A DNA stretch of 64,000 nucleotides, from NCBI RefSeq assembly GCF_024521635.1, contig NW_026250412.1, positions 62,001 through 126,000 of the forward strand. Reading direction: 5' to 3'. This document shows, one piece after another, positions 36,376-49,161 of this stretch (position 1 is its first letter; each line of letters opens with the position of its first letter). Under the pieces are notes generated by a model. That model was not told where the DNA came from. It saw only the letters and a program-made list of their open reading frames with translations, and made no database searches. This DNA comes from Tricharina praecox (lineage: Eukaryota). The translations under genes were made by a program, and so were the position numbers.

Positions 36376-38796
36376 ATGTCAAACCGATATCCAAAAATAT
36401 CGAACGGGCCGCCCGAAGTTGAAGCATCTAACTTCAAACCCGCGGCTTCTACTCACGGTCCTACGATAGCAAATCTCTCCCTAATGCCGCCACAAATTCC
36501 CCCAAAGAATCCGCTGAGGAAGTCGCGAGAAAACATCAAGACCACCACCGCACCTCCACCTCGCAGTGCCACTCCGCAGTCCAGCAATGGTCTAGGTCGT
36601 AACACCCCCGATCTCGTCCGCTATCCAGAAAGGAGTTCTACGCCGATGCTCGAAGGGTTAGGACGTGGGCGTAGAGCATTAGGAATCAATGCCGGTCCAA
36701 TTCAGAGTCGGCCACCCACTATTGTGGCCGCGGAACAACGACGACTTGGTCGTCACAGTACCCCCGATCTAACTCGGAGTTCTATACCGGTGGCCGGAAC
36801 ACTGGGACGTGGACGAGGAAGAAACCATGGTAATACTAACGCTTCGAACCACAGTACGTCCGCTGCGGTGGTGGGACGAGGAATGCCAGGCCGCATTACC
36901 CCCGATATGGTGCGGCGACCGATAACACCACTGTTTCGAAATGAAGGACCCGGCCCTGTACTCATGGGTCCAGGATTCGCCAACCGCAATTCATCTCGCG
37001 CTTCCACGCCGGCCCTGCGGTCTACATCCTTGCAGCACCCTCCCTCAGCTGTGCCATCACGAAACCGTCCGCTTCCACAGGAAAATCGTACTCTCAACAT
37101 CCAGAAGCCAGGAATCGACAATTCTCGTCCAAGTTCGGCTGCTACCTACAATTCTCGCCCAGGCTCGGCTGCTACCTACAATTTTCGCCCAAGCTCGGCT
37201 GCTACCTACAATACCTTTCGGCGTCCCAGCAATCCCGGAAGAGATGGTCAACCGCAGCGGCTGAGCACTGCGAATTCGCTGTCTCGCCCCACATTGGCCA
37301 GCGCAGCAAAGCAGAACCCAGCGACAGGGATCAAAGCTTCGCGACCCCAGCCTGGTTTGACTACCTCCAACAACACATCTCATCGCACCAGTACGAGCAG
37401 ACAATCCGGAGAGCTGCTACCGCACCCCTGCCCTACACCTGCGGGTACTGTTAAGAATATTCCGACGATGATATATTCACCTCCGATGCCGCCCCGGTCA
37501 GTCACGGCGTACGGTTCACGGGCAGCAGTAGCTAAGCCTTCTACCGGCCAGCAAGGCTACCACCAGGGCTACCGCCGCCCATCCACTGCCTACAGTCAGC
37601 GGAAAGATTTCTCTCCAAGGAGCCGTCGGCACGTTCCCATTAGCAAGGAGAAGAAGGAGGAAGTAAAGCGTATGCTCTCGACCACTTCGTTCGAGGGTAA
37701 GCGTTCGCTTCTTCCCGTTCCCACGATTAAGATTTCTACGCCTAGCGAGAAACCGAGGCCGCAGCCTACTCCATCTTCAGGTTCTCTGAAGAGACTAAGT
37801 ACCCTGAGCACCAACAGTGTTGTCACTGCCATCTTTAATCCGATCTCCGCCGATCAGAGAAGACCCGATTCCGCCAGCAGCAACGCCACAGCCGTCTACT
37901 CGTCTTGGATGCACAGAGGTGATCCACGGGATGACAGGTCTAGAGCAATCGGTGCGCACTTGGCAAAGGCAAAAGATGACTTCGTGAATGCCCTGGAGCT
38001 GTTAATCGCCGATGAGAGCTTCCCACACGCGGAACGGGAGGCCATCGTCCAGAGCGAGGAGTACGCGGCGTTGAGGGAGTTTGCACCCAAATTGGAGGAT
38101 CCGAATGGAGTGAAAGCCAAAGTCGAGGAGGAGTTCACGCCGAGAAGGGGATTGTGGATCGACCCCTACATGCTCACATCCCCGGCCATGAAACACCCCA
38201 TCCTCAGCCCCAAGGAGGCGGCCGAGTGGGAGGCAACCCTGCGACAAAGCGAGCTCGCCATCGACCACCTTAAGACTACTGGTGGCGTCTGCTACCGTCA
38301 GTATCACTACCTTCGCCAAGAACAACGCCTCTGGAACGTGGTGGCTGAGCGCGTCGAAAAGCTCCGCAAGAGCTGTGTGAGGACGAAGGCGAAATTCGGC
38401 CTAGGAGAGCGCCGTCACGACCACCGGACATCTACAAGTAGCACTCTAAACGAATCTGGATCTACCAAGTCGCAGCAAACGGCCCTTAGCGACGAGGAGA
38501 TTGAGACGTTGGCTCGGTTGAGAGGACAATGCGAACGCCTGAGAGATGGAACTTACTCTCCTACGAGTACCACTCCCAACGAAGCGGACAAGGACATGAC
38601 CGCGCCAGCACCAGCAACACCGGATTCGAAAGCGCTCAGGGATTTCTGGCAGTCCAAGGAGGAACAGGAAAGCCGACTCGTTGCCTCGAATCCACCCAAA
38701 CAGCGGCATGCACGTACTAGCTGGGGCCAACTATTTCCTGTCAAGACCGCGTGGAGGATCAATTCGCTGCCGGATATGTCGAAAGGGCCTAAATAA
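36376..38796 (+). CDS. Hypothetical Ser/Pro/Arg-rich protein (~806 aa) with helical C-terminal region
   Basis: Long uninterrupted ORF, ATG in CACC context, PQIPPKNPLR motif, and a 30-bp coding repeat (N.RP.SAATY x3) at ~37120-37212. Confidence 0.75.
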   Translation: MSNRYPKISNGPPEVEASNFKPAASTHGPTIANLSLMPPQIPPKNPLRKSRENIKTTTAPPPRSATPQSSNGLGRNTPDLVRYPERSSTPMLEGLGRGRRALGINAGPIQSRPPTIVAAEQRRLGRHSTPDLTRSSIPVAGTLGRGRGRNHGNTNASNHSTSAAVVGRGMPGRITPDMVRRPITPLFRNEGPGPVLMGPGFANRNSSRASTPALRSTSLQHPPSAVPSRNRPLPQENRTLNIQKPGIDNSRPSSAATYNSRPGSAATYNFRPSSAATYNTFRRPSNPGRDGQPQRLSTANSLSRPTLASAAKQNPATGIKASRPQPGLTTSNNTSHRTSTSRQSGELLPHPCPTPAGTVKNIPTMIYSPPMPPRSVTAYGSRAAVAKPSTGQQGYHQGYRRPSTAYSQRKDFSPRSRRHVPISKEKKEEVKRMLSTTSFEGKRSLLPVPTIKISTPSEKPRPQPTPSSGSLKRLSTLSTNSVVTAIFNPISADQRRPDSASSNATAVYSSWMHRGDPRDDRSRAIGAHLAKAKDDFVNALELLIADESFPHAEREAIVQSEEYAALREFAPKLEDPNGVKAKVEEEFTPRRGLWIDPYMLTSPAMKHPILSPKEAAEWEATLRQSELAIDHLKTTGGVCYRQYHYLRQEQRLWNVVAERVEKLRKSCVRTKAKFGLGERRHDHRTSTSSTLNESGSTKSQQTALSDEEIETLARLRGQCERLRDGTYSPTSTTPNEADKDMTAPAPATPDSKALRDFWQSKEEQESRLVASNPPKQRHARTSWGQLFPVKTAWRINSLPDMSKGPK

Positions 38797-40048
38797 GCTG
38801 GTGTCTGCGTTCAGTGTGAGGGAACCTGAAGGAGGGATTGGATGCTGGGAGTCCGTCCGGAGGGTGTTACAGGCGTACATATGAGAGGATGAGGAGGATA
38901 CCGGTGGGTGTACAGCGTGGCGATCCACGACGAGGCGCAAGAAAAGTGTTTTTGTCATTACATACTTGAGATAATACATTGGTTTTGCTGTAGTGTGTTT
39001 TCCTTATTAATTGTAATTCAGAGACAACTCTCGTGCACATAGGCGAGGAGAAAAGCGACTGCGGAATTCCGGAATATGATAAACACACTCAGTAAAGGCC
39101 TTCCAAAACATCTCGGCGCCCTATTTCTCCCTCGAATTCGTCGTTCGTCGGCGATTTAGATGTCGCCATGGGATTTCACTCATCAGCTGGACTGGTAAGC
39201 TTTATTCGGATACAGACACTCCAATCCACTATCTAATGCAACTTTATCGAGGGTTGACTCTCAGGAAGAGCTGGCCCTTGGGAGGGAGAGCAGTGGAGAA
39301 CCGGGTATCGAGCTCGCAGCCAGCGGTTGGTTAAATCCAGGTGGAAACGGCTATGAATATAATCTGCCATGATCTACTGAGTTTGAATGCAATGAATGAT
39401 GATTAAACATAAAAAACAAAGCCAGCAGGGCAAAGGTGTGTCACATGATAGTTCTACACGAGTGATATCCTATGCACCACCGTCACTCCAAAAACAAAAA
39501 CCATCATCACCCCGGTGGGTAGCTTGAAAACCCCAAGAGTAGAGGTTTTCACCCCGGGTTGAGCCTAGAGCTTTCCCTCAACTCTCCTCGCCGATTGCAT
39601 GGCCTAGTAGACCACTAGACCATGCGGGGGTTTTTTCGTGCTGGAAACTTGAATTCGATGCCTATAAAGTGCTGGGTGACACCCTTGCAACGGCCAAGTT
39701 CAGCCACTGTCAATTTGGCTGCGGTGAACGAGCAAACAACACCATACATGCCTTGTGCTTTGAATGGATCTGATGCGACATATAAGTCTACGGATCGTCA
39801 TCTTAGCCGAGATGTTTGAGAATTGAATAGGTGGGCACTCATAGAATGTTGCCGACGATATGAGAAATAGTATTTGAGATCACCTTTAATGCTTTCATTA
39901 TAGCTACTACTTGGAAGGACAACCTGCTCCGCACAACACCCAGAAATCCACTCTCTATGCCTACACACACACACACACATATCCACTCTCTATGCCTACA
40001 CACACACACACACACATATCCACACGCCCAGAAGTTTACCAAACCACG

Positions 40049-40603
40049 ATGTCGGAGCAGAATAGCGTTTCTTTCCCCACCACCGCCTGCAGCGCCAGCT
40101 CGAGTGTCTACTCCGTAGACTCTTTCGGCACCCCGACCGGTTTTCGCACTTCCACAACCTCCTTACAATCCGCGCACCCCCCACCCGCTTGGCAGAATTA
40201 CTCCGTGCAATCTTTCGGCTCGCTCTTCGACGAGAGCACCGAGCCCGAGCCCAAGACGAGCGACCATTCCTCAGTACACTCCTCCGTCGCAAGTCTCACC
40301 TCGCCCACGCGCACCCTGAGCAGCTATTCTGCGGTATCAGTCCGCAGCGACGGGCCTGTACGGTCGAGTGGATTCCGTCATTCGCTTTCGGCGGTACTAT
40401 CGAGGAGACATAGTCTGCGCCATTCGAGCAGAAATAATTCCGTACTAGTTGCGACGGATACGCCGGCTTCAAGTGCTTCGTCTTTGTCCACTGGAACTCG
40501 GCCCAAGAGCTTTGAGGATTCGAGTCTCAAGAATGTCGTCCGCAAGTATTTTTCCCGCGTCTCATTTTCGCCGTCTACTCCTGCTGAGCCCGGCCGACGT
40601 TGA
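40049..40603 (+). CDS. Hypothetical Ser-rich protein (184 aa)
   Basis: ORF from MSEQNSVSF, preceded by a (CA)n-containing duplicated leader at ~39948-40020. Confidence 0.55.
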   Translation: MSEQNSVSFPTTACSASSSVYSVDSFGTPTGFRTSTTSLQSAHPPPAWQNYSVQSFGSLFDESTEPEPKTSDHSSVHSSVASLTSPTRTLSSYSAVSVRSDGPVRSSGFRHSLSAVLSRRHSLRHSSRNNSVLVATDTPASSASSLSTGTRPKSFEDSSLKNVVRKYFSRVSFSPSTPAEPGRR

Positions 40604-42151
40604 ACATCGCTTCCGTCGCGACCACCGGAAATATCATACGGGAGGGCCATGCTTCCCATCACGTTACGGGACACTACGAGATGTCATGCGCCTCCTCAAC
40701 CTCCCGCTGACCATCGCAGAACCCCACCTCTCCGCCGACAGTTATGGTGGCGGTTTACAGTGAGTAGTTAAAGCTGGCAGTTCTTGGTAGTTAACTTCTG
40801 AGAATAGGGCGTATGATTGCTATGAATTGATATTTGCAAAAACGTGTCCTGGGTTCATAATGTCATTTACATTCTATGCTTTCCTACCGAGCTTTATCTG
40901 GTTTATGGGAGCAAATGAGCCTAACGTATCACAAATCCTCACGCCACGCTCTATCGTATAGCCGGCACCGTACTTAGGATTCTATAAAGCCGGCCTATCG
41001 GTGTGTGTTGCGTTTGCTAAGGCCTTGTAGGCTTTGAACTCCTCTATACCTACATTCCGTCCATCCATCTCCAGCAAAACACCCAATCTTGCACGCCCAG
41101 TTCTTGACAAGTACCTACCGGTAACTCCCTACTATGCGTACTTATCACTACTAGTATATAGTATTCGCTGTAACGTGAGATTCCCGGGGCAGTGCACTGT
41201 TTACGGATGCTCGCGGATGCAATGCGATACCTACTTTATTAACGGTCGGAATTCACCATGCGGGATACAGATTAGGTATTTCTTACCAGATATGTAGCGG
41301 TAGTTACAGTCGTTAGAGATCTGTACTACCTATCGCAGGCGGACGGATTCATTGGCTTTCCGACAGGCTGAAACGGGGCATCACTAGCGGCGCGCAGACA
41401 AGGCTGACGAGACACCGGAGAAGCTTCAAGCCGTCACGCTCTCAACCACCACTGACAAACCGCACATCTCTCCCCTTCTCCTGCAAGACTGCATAGTTTT
41501 GAGGTAAGAAAATCGGTCACGGTCGTGAATCCGTGATGGTGGGTGATAAATTGAGAATCACCGCGCGATTCCTCAGCAAGGCTAAACCTTGCTAAGGCCA
41601 TCATCCAGCCTGTTCCAATAGTTACCAACGAATCCGCCAAGTGCGTTGCCAAGATAGATACGCTTGCCGCCAAACCTCGAGAACCCCTATTACCGATATT
41701 GTAGATAAGGCTCCCATCCGCTGGGTATCGGATCTTCCGTACCTCTAATTCCCGCCTGCACGCGGAACGGATGACTCCGCACCACAACCGTCACTATTGA
41801 ACCCTGTGGTCCAGCTGAATCCCGACAGGGCGTCTGTCGATACGATGATTGTGCCTGGGTTTATTAGTGGCTCTGCGCTAATTGGTCACAACCCTTGCGG
41901 AGGAGGTGTTCGATTTCCTTTTTGAGCATACTCAAGTACGGTACCTGGTGACTGGGTTTAAGTATGACTCTAATTCTTTAATTTTGCCTCCTTTCTGTTG
42001 GAATTGTCACCTGCAGAACACTTGTCCCGTTCCACTCCTTTTTATACCCGAGTCAAGTGCTAGGCATATGTAGTATTTAACGCCTCCGAATCCCCAGAAA
42101 TTGCACTGCAGCGCAACCAACATTCGGTTTTCAACATTCGTTACCAACATA

Positions 42152-43693
42152 ATGAAGCTACATTCGTTCATCTCACTCCTTGCCGTGGCACAGGCAGCCT
42201 CCGCAATCTCTCTCAACGTCGACGATAAGCAATCGATCAAGGAAGCTGCGGCTACAGCGGCAAAGAAGCTGGCCGCACTCTACCCGCGGAACGAAACCTG
42301 GTTCATTCCCGGCGACTTTGGTGTGATCCAAACAGCGGATGGGCGCAATGATAAGGGATACTATTGGTGGGAAGGCGGTGCAGCGATGGGGGTGCGCGTG
42401 GCTTCTCTCCCCGAGTCCTCCGCCACTCCGCTAATCAACATCACCAGGCATGGATCGATTACTGGGCGATAACCGGCGACGATAGCTACAACTCCATCGT
42501 CACCGAAGGCATCCTTCACCAGGTGGGCGAAAATAACGACTTTCAGCCCGCGAACCAAACGCTGGGCATCGCCAACGACGACCAAGCAACCTGGGCAATT
42601 GCCGCCCTTTCCGCAGCAGAACGCGGGTTCCCGGATCCTCCCGCCGACAAACCGCAATGGATCACTCTCGCAAAGACCGTGTTCGATCGCCAGGCGGCAC
42701 GGTGGGACGAGGGCAACTGCAGTGGTGGCCTCAGGTGGCTGGTGTTCAACTCGAGCGAAGGATACGATTACAAGAACTCAGCTGCGAACGGACTATTCTT
42801 CCAGCTGGCGGCGAGACTGGCCCGGTACACCGGGAATGAAACGTATGTGGAGTGGAGCGAGAAGGCCTACAACTGGGCTAGGGCGGTCAAGCTCATCGGC
42901 CCCGAGTACGAAGTTTACGATGGCCTGCATGATAGTGACGACATGTGCGGTGATCCGTCTAAAGTTCGGTGGACTCACACAGCCGGAGCCTATATAGCCG
43001 GCGCCGCAAATCTCTACGACTACTATGTTTGTCCCTCCTCTTCCCTGCCTCACTCCTCCTGACTAATACCCACCCCAGTCCTCGGCCAACGACACCTCCC
43101 AGACGACAAAATGGCAACTCGAAACCAGCTCCCTCCTCAACGCGACGGACGAGGCGTTCTTCAATCAAAACGACGGCACCGACAACATCATGCGGGAGTC
43201 CGCGTGTGAGTCACCGGCGCCCTTCACGCGCTCCCCCACCTGCAACACCGACCAGCGCTTCTTCAAAGCATTGATGTCGCGCTTCCTCGGCGCAACCTAC
43301 CAGCTCGCACCTTTCACGCGCGACTACATCACCGAGCGGCTGCGGGCCTCGGCTCTCGGCGCTGCAAGGTCGTGCACTGGAAAACCCGGAGGAGACACCT
43401 GCGGACTCAGCTGGATCATCGGGGAGTACGATGACTCTCCGTATGGAATTGCGGAGGGTGGTGTCAGCGAACACATGGCGGCCCTCGAGGTCTTCCAGAA
43501 CTTGCTGGTGGGAGATGTTGACGCGCCAAAGACGCAAGAGTCGGAGTCTGCTAGTGCTGCTGGAAAATCAACCACTGTTGAGGATGGCGGGGCGAAGCCG
43601 ACGAGTGTGGGGGCGAGGGCTGTGGGTGCGGGAGCGCTTGTGCCTGCGGTGGCGTTTGCAGGCATTGTGAGCTTAGCTTTGGTGCTAGTTTAG
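42152..43693 (+). CDS. GH76 mannan endo-1,6-alpha-mannosidase, Dfg5/Dcw1-like, GPI-anchored; exons 42152-42391, 42448-43026, 43079-43693
   Basis: Signal peptide, YYWWEGGA, catalytic NDD (GIANDDQ), C.GGLRW, YKNS..NG.FFQLAARLARYTGN, VYDG, CNTDQ.FFK and a hydrophobic C-terminal GPI signal. Both introns are GT-AG with CTAAT branch sites. Confidence 0.93.
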
Positions 43694-44746
43694 ATAGAGT
43701 TGGTGAACGGGTGAGGACAAAATTGCTTGTTGGAAGACAGTCGGACATAAGCGAAGGCGAAGCCTATCTACAAGAAGTTGTTGATAGATCTCCCAAGAGA
43801 TACGAGCCTCAAGGCGTATACCATGAATACTGATTTTGCTTGTCCTATGAATGTCGCTTCTAAGGCCACCTCTTCGAAATGTGTGACCGACCGAAACATC
43901 ATGAAAGCCTTCATTCGCATCATTAGTGATAACTCGGGCGAAGCCACCATTCCGTGGCGGATGATGTCACTCGATTCTACGCACTGTCACCGCCTTCAGA
44001 TGCTGCGTCAGCGGTGATACCGCCGCCTGGAGTGCAAGTGCTCTTCTTCTTACTTCGTAGCACTCCATGTGAAGGATTTCCCATCACTCCCGCACCGCCA
44101 CTGCTACTGCGGACACGCTTCCCAGCTCCAGCCTCCCGCCAATTCCCGCCGGCCGCCAACGGCCAGCCGCTCCGTCCTCCGGAAGTGACACATCCCCGCC
44201 GGCTCCACAAAAGGAAAAATCTTGAAGGAGTCAAAATTCCAACCGACAAAACATGATGCCTGTGACAAAATAAATAAGAATATTCAGCTGAGAAGATGAA
44301 TTTGCTCGTATCCCTTGCAGCTTTCCCCATTAGTGGTTCGTGAAGACATATTTCGCCACCAACACCGACTCCGGGCCTGTTTCCCTGCGTTGACCGTAGT
44401 TAAGGTTGTAGATTACCGTAACTCGCTTCCGAGATTCCTGCGAATCCCCCGATACCGTACTAACTCCCGTTCATTATGTTGGTGCAGTGGAGTTGAGGCC
44501 TTTTGTGGCCTTCAATATTTTCAACTTTCCGGCCAAATGGCAACAAGATCGGCATGGCAGATAGCTTGAGTGGGAGATTCCTCAAGTTACACGAAGTCCT
44601 AGTACTCAATTGGTTCCTGCAACCGGAACTGTCAGCCACGTAATGTATGCGGGAGCTTACACGCGCCCACCCCGCAACCCGGCGGCCAACTCTATCACGG
44701 ACACCACCCCCTCTCTTGAATCTTGTCCCGTCCACAACAAGCTATC

Positions 44747-46205
44747 ATGACGCGACAAAATATCTCCACGCCTCCAGAGTCCATCGCCAGCTCCTCCGGC
44801 TATTCCACTCCCACCAGAAGCGAGTACAGTTATGACCACGGCTATGACAGCGAAAACGGCATCCTGACACCGCGAACCATGAGCCCCCCTCCCACGCCTA
44901 CTCGCCAGCGTAGGCGTCCTCAAAGCACTACACGCACGGAACCGCCCGCTGCACCGCCGGTGGCAGGCAATGGGCCCGTGGAGGTTACTGGGCTCGCGGA
45001 GGGTACTCGGCGCGCGACTACTCGATGGTCACGGAGCCGAATCATTTTCGCGTTGGGATTCCTACTCCTGGCGATCGCAGCTGAGCTGAAGTGGGAATGC
45101 GTTTTCTCCCACGGCCACACACTGATCGTTGAGCCATCAGTCGCCGATTTCCCAGCGCTCACGAATATGCAGGTGCGGCTTTGTAGTATGATGGAGAACA
45201 GCGTTGGCGGAATCGTTACCTCACACAAGCTGAAGCAAAGCGAGATAGCGGTGCGCCAGCTCCATACATTGGTCAAGATGTCGAGGCTGGGTGGCAGGTC
45301 TGTCCCCCCTCCCCATCCAACCCACGTTAGGTCTTTCCGGTTAATCGAGCTTATTCTGAATATAGGGAAGACCTATCGAATCGTCTCGCCGACTTTGCCG
45401 ACGCCGCAAGAGACAGCTCGAAGGAGATAGCCCGCTTCTCCCACACGTCCATCAGCTTGCTCCACGACATCAGTGACTTGGATGTGCAGGTGGTCCGTCA
45501 GCTGGAACATCTGCAAGCCGAACGCATCGCCGCCGAACCCTACTCCGACATGTACCGTCTACTCGTGTCTCCCTTCAAACCTCTCCCGAGCCACGACCTT
45601 GCAGCCGCTGAACAGGCAATATCGGATATGTTCATCCGATCCTCCGACGCGATCGGGAGCTCCATCGCAAGGCTACTCGTGAACACCGTGATGGCTGTAG
45701 AAGGGCTCAACGACATGGAAAAAAAGCTGCTTGTCATCTTCGAAGCCGCTCAGCGCGAATCAATGGTCATCGATGACGCGGATGAGTACCAAGGAGCCTG
45801 GGACTGGCTAGTGAAGTTCCTGTCGGACCACAAAGTGGTGACGGAAGAGAACAGGCACCTTCTGCGTGGATTGAGTGGGTATCACTCGGAGGCGGTAGCA
45901 CTGGTCACGCGGACATTGGCGCAGCTCCAGTACGTCGAGGAGAGTCTGAAGAATCTAAGGGATCGTATGGCGGAACCGGCGTTGCTGGCTGCCGCCGAAT
46001 ATGAGAGAGAGCAGCTTTCAATTCCGCTTGACGAGCAGATCAAGAGTATCAGAAGCGCCGTGGACACAATGGGCACAATCTTGGGTAAAGCTGCTATTCG
46101 CGACCGAAGGTAATTCCATCATTTCCGAAGAACGTAGCTACTCTACATGGCTGACATCAACGACACTATAGATACATGGAGGCGATTTTGTCTGGAGATC
46201 TATGA
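44747..46205 (+). CDS. Fungal hypothetical single-TM coiled-coil protein; exons 44747-45297, 45366-46109 and probably 46172-46205 (alternatively ends at TAA 46113)
   Basis: The intron 45298-45365 joins ORFs 44723-45430 and 45457-46113 in frame. TM segment IIFALGFLLLAIAA, then long heptad-like helices. Confidence 0.75.
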
Positions 46206-46868
46206 GCTGGAGGGGCACCATTATACGACGGTAATAAGTTTCGATGCGATAACTCACGGGGGAGTGGGTATATACGCAATGGATGGAGATGGGACAAGGC
46301 TGGGAATGGAGTTATAGTTATTACTCGTGTGATGGGAAGAAAACGTACGGAATATGATATCCAGCCACTAATCCTTCCCCACGCATAGCAACAATCCAGC
46401 CACCGCCCTCCCCATTGCCCCGCAGCTATAGGAGCTCTCTAACTGGTGCTCGAACGCCGCATACCGCATACTGCAGCTCCAGAGTCCACAAACACCACGC
46501 TCCTGTACCATTAGCCACGGTCTTCACAAATACTTGGCAGAGCATACACCCCGCGTCCCCACCGACCGGCGAGCCGAAGAAGGAAGGCCACTGGGCCGGC
46601 CGATGCCACGTCAGCCACCACCCACAAAACCCCACCCGCCCTTCTTCCTCAGTCTCCTTCCTCCCTCTTTCCTCCCCACTCGCGAGAGTCCGGTGTAACC
46701 ACGCCGCATGGTACGAGCGAATTCTTCTTCGATTCGAACGTCTTCGGGCCGCCGGCACGACATACGACAACCCGTCCCCAACGGTGCGAGCGCGAGCGAC
46801 CGAATCGAAATGGCCTCCGGACGACACTGCATGACTGCCCGGGCAGCTGGTGGAGCCCGAGTCCCCAT

Positions 46869-47385
46869 GGGAGCCCTTCACGGGGCGACAAAAAAACAAT
46901 CGGCGGATACCTATAGGACGAAAATCGAGACAGTGGAAAGGCGTCAGCACTTTTCAGCAACAGCAACAGCATCATCATCAACAACAACAACGCATCAACA
47001 ACAATCGCGGTATTCGTCACCGGTAAAAAATCGGAAAGCGGAGACTGTCCCAGGGAGCCTTTACCCGCGGCAAAGGCGACAAAAAAAGTACCATCGGGTG
47101 CACCGGTTCAACAAACCACGCAACTCGAGGCGGCAGCAACCACAACAGCAGCAACAACGGAAACGGAATTTGGCCCCGATAAAACCAATCGGGTTGACGG
47201 AGACCACCAGATCGACCATTAGGGAGCCTTCACCTCACGGCAGAGGCGACAAAAAAACAAATTCGGCGGATAAACGACGAAAATCCAGACATGACTTGTA
47301 AATCAATGAATATTCGACATTCCCAGGGAGCCTTTACTTTACCGCGAAGGCGACAAAAAAAGCACCATCCATCGGGTGCACCAAA
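46869..47385. repeat. Four imperfect GGGAGCC(C/T)T...GGCGACAAAAAA units in A-B-A-B order
   Basis: Units at ~46870, 47053, 47223 and 47326. Units 1 and 3 continue TCGGCGGATA; units 2 and 4 continue CCATCGGGTGCACC. Confidence 0.65.
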
Positions 47386-48069
47386 TTGAAAATCGATATT
47401 GAAAAGACGTTCGCGATTCTCCGAGGGCCATAGGGCGGCGGTAAAAAGTCGGCGGACAGGCAACACGAAAATCAACAATCGAAATTTGTACTCTGTTAAT
47501 GAATGACGGACCGACCGGAGGTGATGGGCCGAGCGGTTGGTAGTCAAGGCGGCGGCGATAAAGGGATAGAGCGGACAGTGGATTGAGGGCTTGGTTGGTG
47601 ATGTGTGGACACTGGACTTCGAGGACTGCATCTAATATCAATGAACTGAAGCTGTCTACTCTGTACTTTTTTTTTATCGTTGACGGTGATTGTGACACTT
47701 GAGATGCATGCTGAGCCACTACGCCACTACGCCGCTCCCACACTACGCCACTGCAGCATTTCGCCATCACACCCACACGCCACAGATACCAAGTCACGCG
47801 CCACAAATGCGAAGCCGCTAGCGAACGCAAGCCCACTATCGTCGTCGAGAGCATCACCTTTTCTAACCACATCCACAACCGTCTTTGCTACAAACAACTC
47901 TCATCTCCACTCTTTTCTACAAACAACTCTCATCTCCACTGCTACTCCTTACTTTACCTTCAAACACTCCTCTCCCCCACCCACAATACCCCCACCCAGA
48001 ATACCTAAGGTATCTTCAAGCTCTCCGCGATCTTCCTCACGGAAAGCTGATTTAAGCCGACCATACCAG

Positions 48070-48795
48070 ATGTCATCTGACATCCCCGAGATGGTTCGCT
48101 CGTGTTCTGTGGCTGCGACTTGCGGCAGGCCATCGAACATCGACGACCAAGTCAAGCTGCCGAGGAAGCATCACAAGTACTCGGCACTTCCGGTGTCGGC
48201 ATTGGGAGCTTCGTGGCACGCATCGCGACCCGACGAGGCGCAGATGAACCCGATCGATAATGCGAACGGCAAAGCCAACAGCAAGAAGACTGGCAAGGCC
48301 AGTGACAAGACGACGACTGACGGGCACTCACTGTTGACTTCGACTCTTGTGGATCTTACCTCAAGATTGGAATACTACCAGAAGACGGCCACTCCAGTCG
48401 CTGCTGCCTCGAGCGATAACCCGACCAACGTCAGCCCTAATATCCTTTCGAGTTTTTCCATGAGTGACCATCAAATTCTCGATACCAACCCCAGCAGGGC
48501 TATTGGTGAAAACGCCTTCAATCTCGGCTTCCGCTCCGGTCGAGTATACCAAGGAGCCTACCAGCACGGCTACCACAAAGGTTTTATTGATGGTCTTGGC
48601 ATGGCCATCGTTAACCTCGAGAACATCATCCGTCAGCAGACCGAGAAGGCCGATCTCAAGGAGACTGAAGAAGGACGTTACAAGAAGGACAAACTCAAGA
48701 AGGTTGAAGGACACACCGATAAACCCCACATCAAGGAAGCCGACGGAGGAGACGAGCGCCGTACCGATGTGCCTCGCGAAACGTTGAGAAGGTAA
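48070..48795 (+). CDS. Hypothetical protein (~241 aa) with GxxxG(Y/F) repeats and charged tail
   Basis: Open frame 47680..48795, likely ATG 48070. Contains GFRSGRVYQGAYQHGYHKGFIDG. A possible terminal intron may follow 48791. Confidence 0.55.
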   Translation: MSSDIPEMVRSCSVAATCGRPSNIDDQVKLPRKHHKYSALPVSALGASWHASRPDEAQMNPIDNANGKANSKKTGKASDKTTTDGHSLLTSTLVDLTSRLEYYQKTATPVAAASSDNPTNVSPNILSSFSMSDHQILDTNPSRAIGENAFNLGFRSGRVYQGAYQHGYHKGFIDGLGMAIVNLENIIRQQTEKADLKETEEGRYKKDKLKKVEGHTDKPHIKEADGGDERRTDVPRETLRR

Positions 48796-49161
48796 ATACC
48801 AGCAGACACTAAGCTTTGATTCTATGTTGCTAGAATCATCGCGAGAAATGACGCACCTTTCTCTGTTTCTTGACAGCATGGTTCGATTTGAACGAATAAA
48901 AATTACTTTGGGATCATAACTGGAAGACTCTTCGCCGTGATTATGTGCTCATGAAATTTCCATGCCCGTGAATTTTCCCGTACCCCGAAAAATCCAGGAT
49001 TACACACTGCTCATCGTGCAAGTGCCTGCCCGGAATTTGCGGACAGATAGCAAGATACATACCCTGGAGAGGGCCTGAACCGTAGGAAACTCAAGTGAAT
49101 ATGTATCATTGTGCAACTGCGCTGGAAATGTCTATTGCTCTCCTCTCCGCGATATCCTAAG

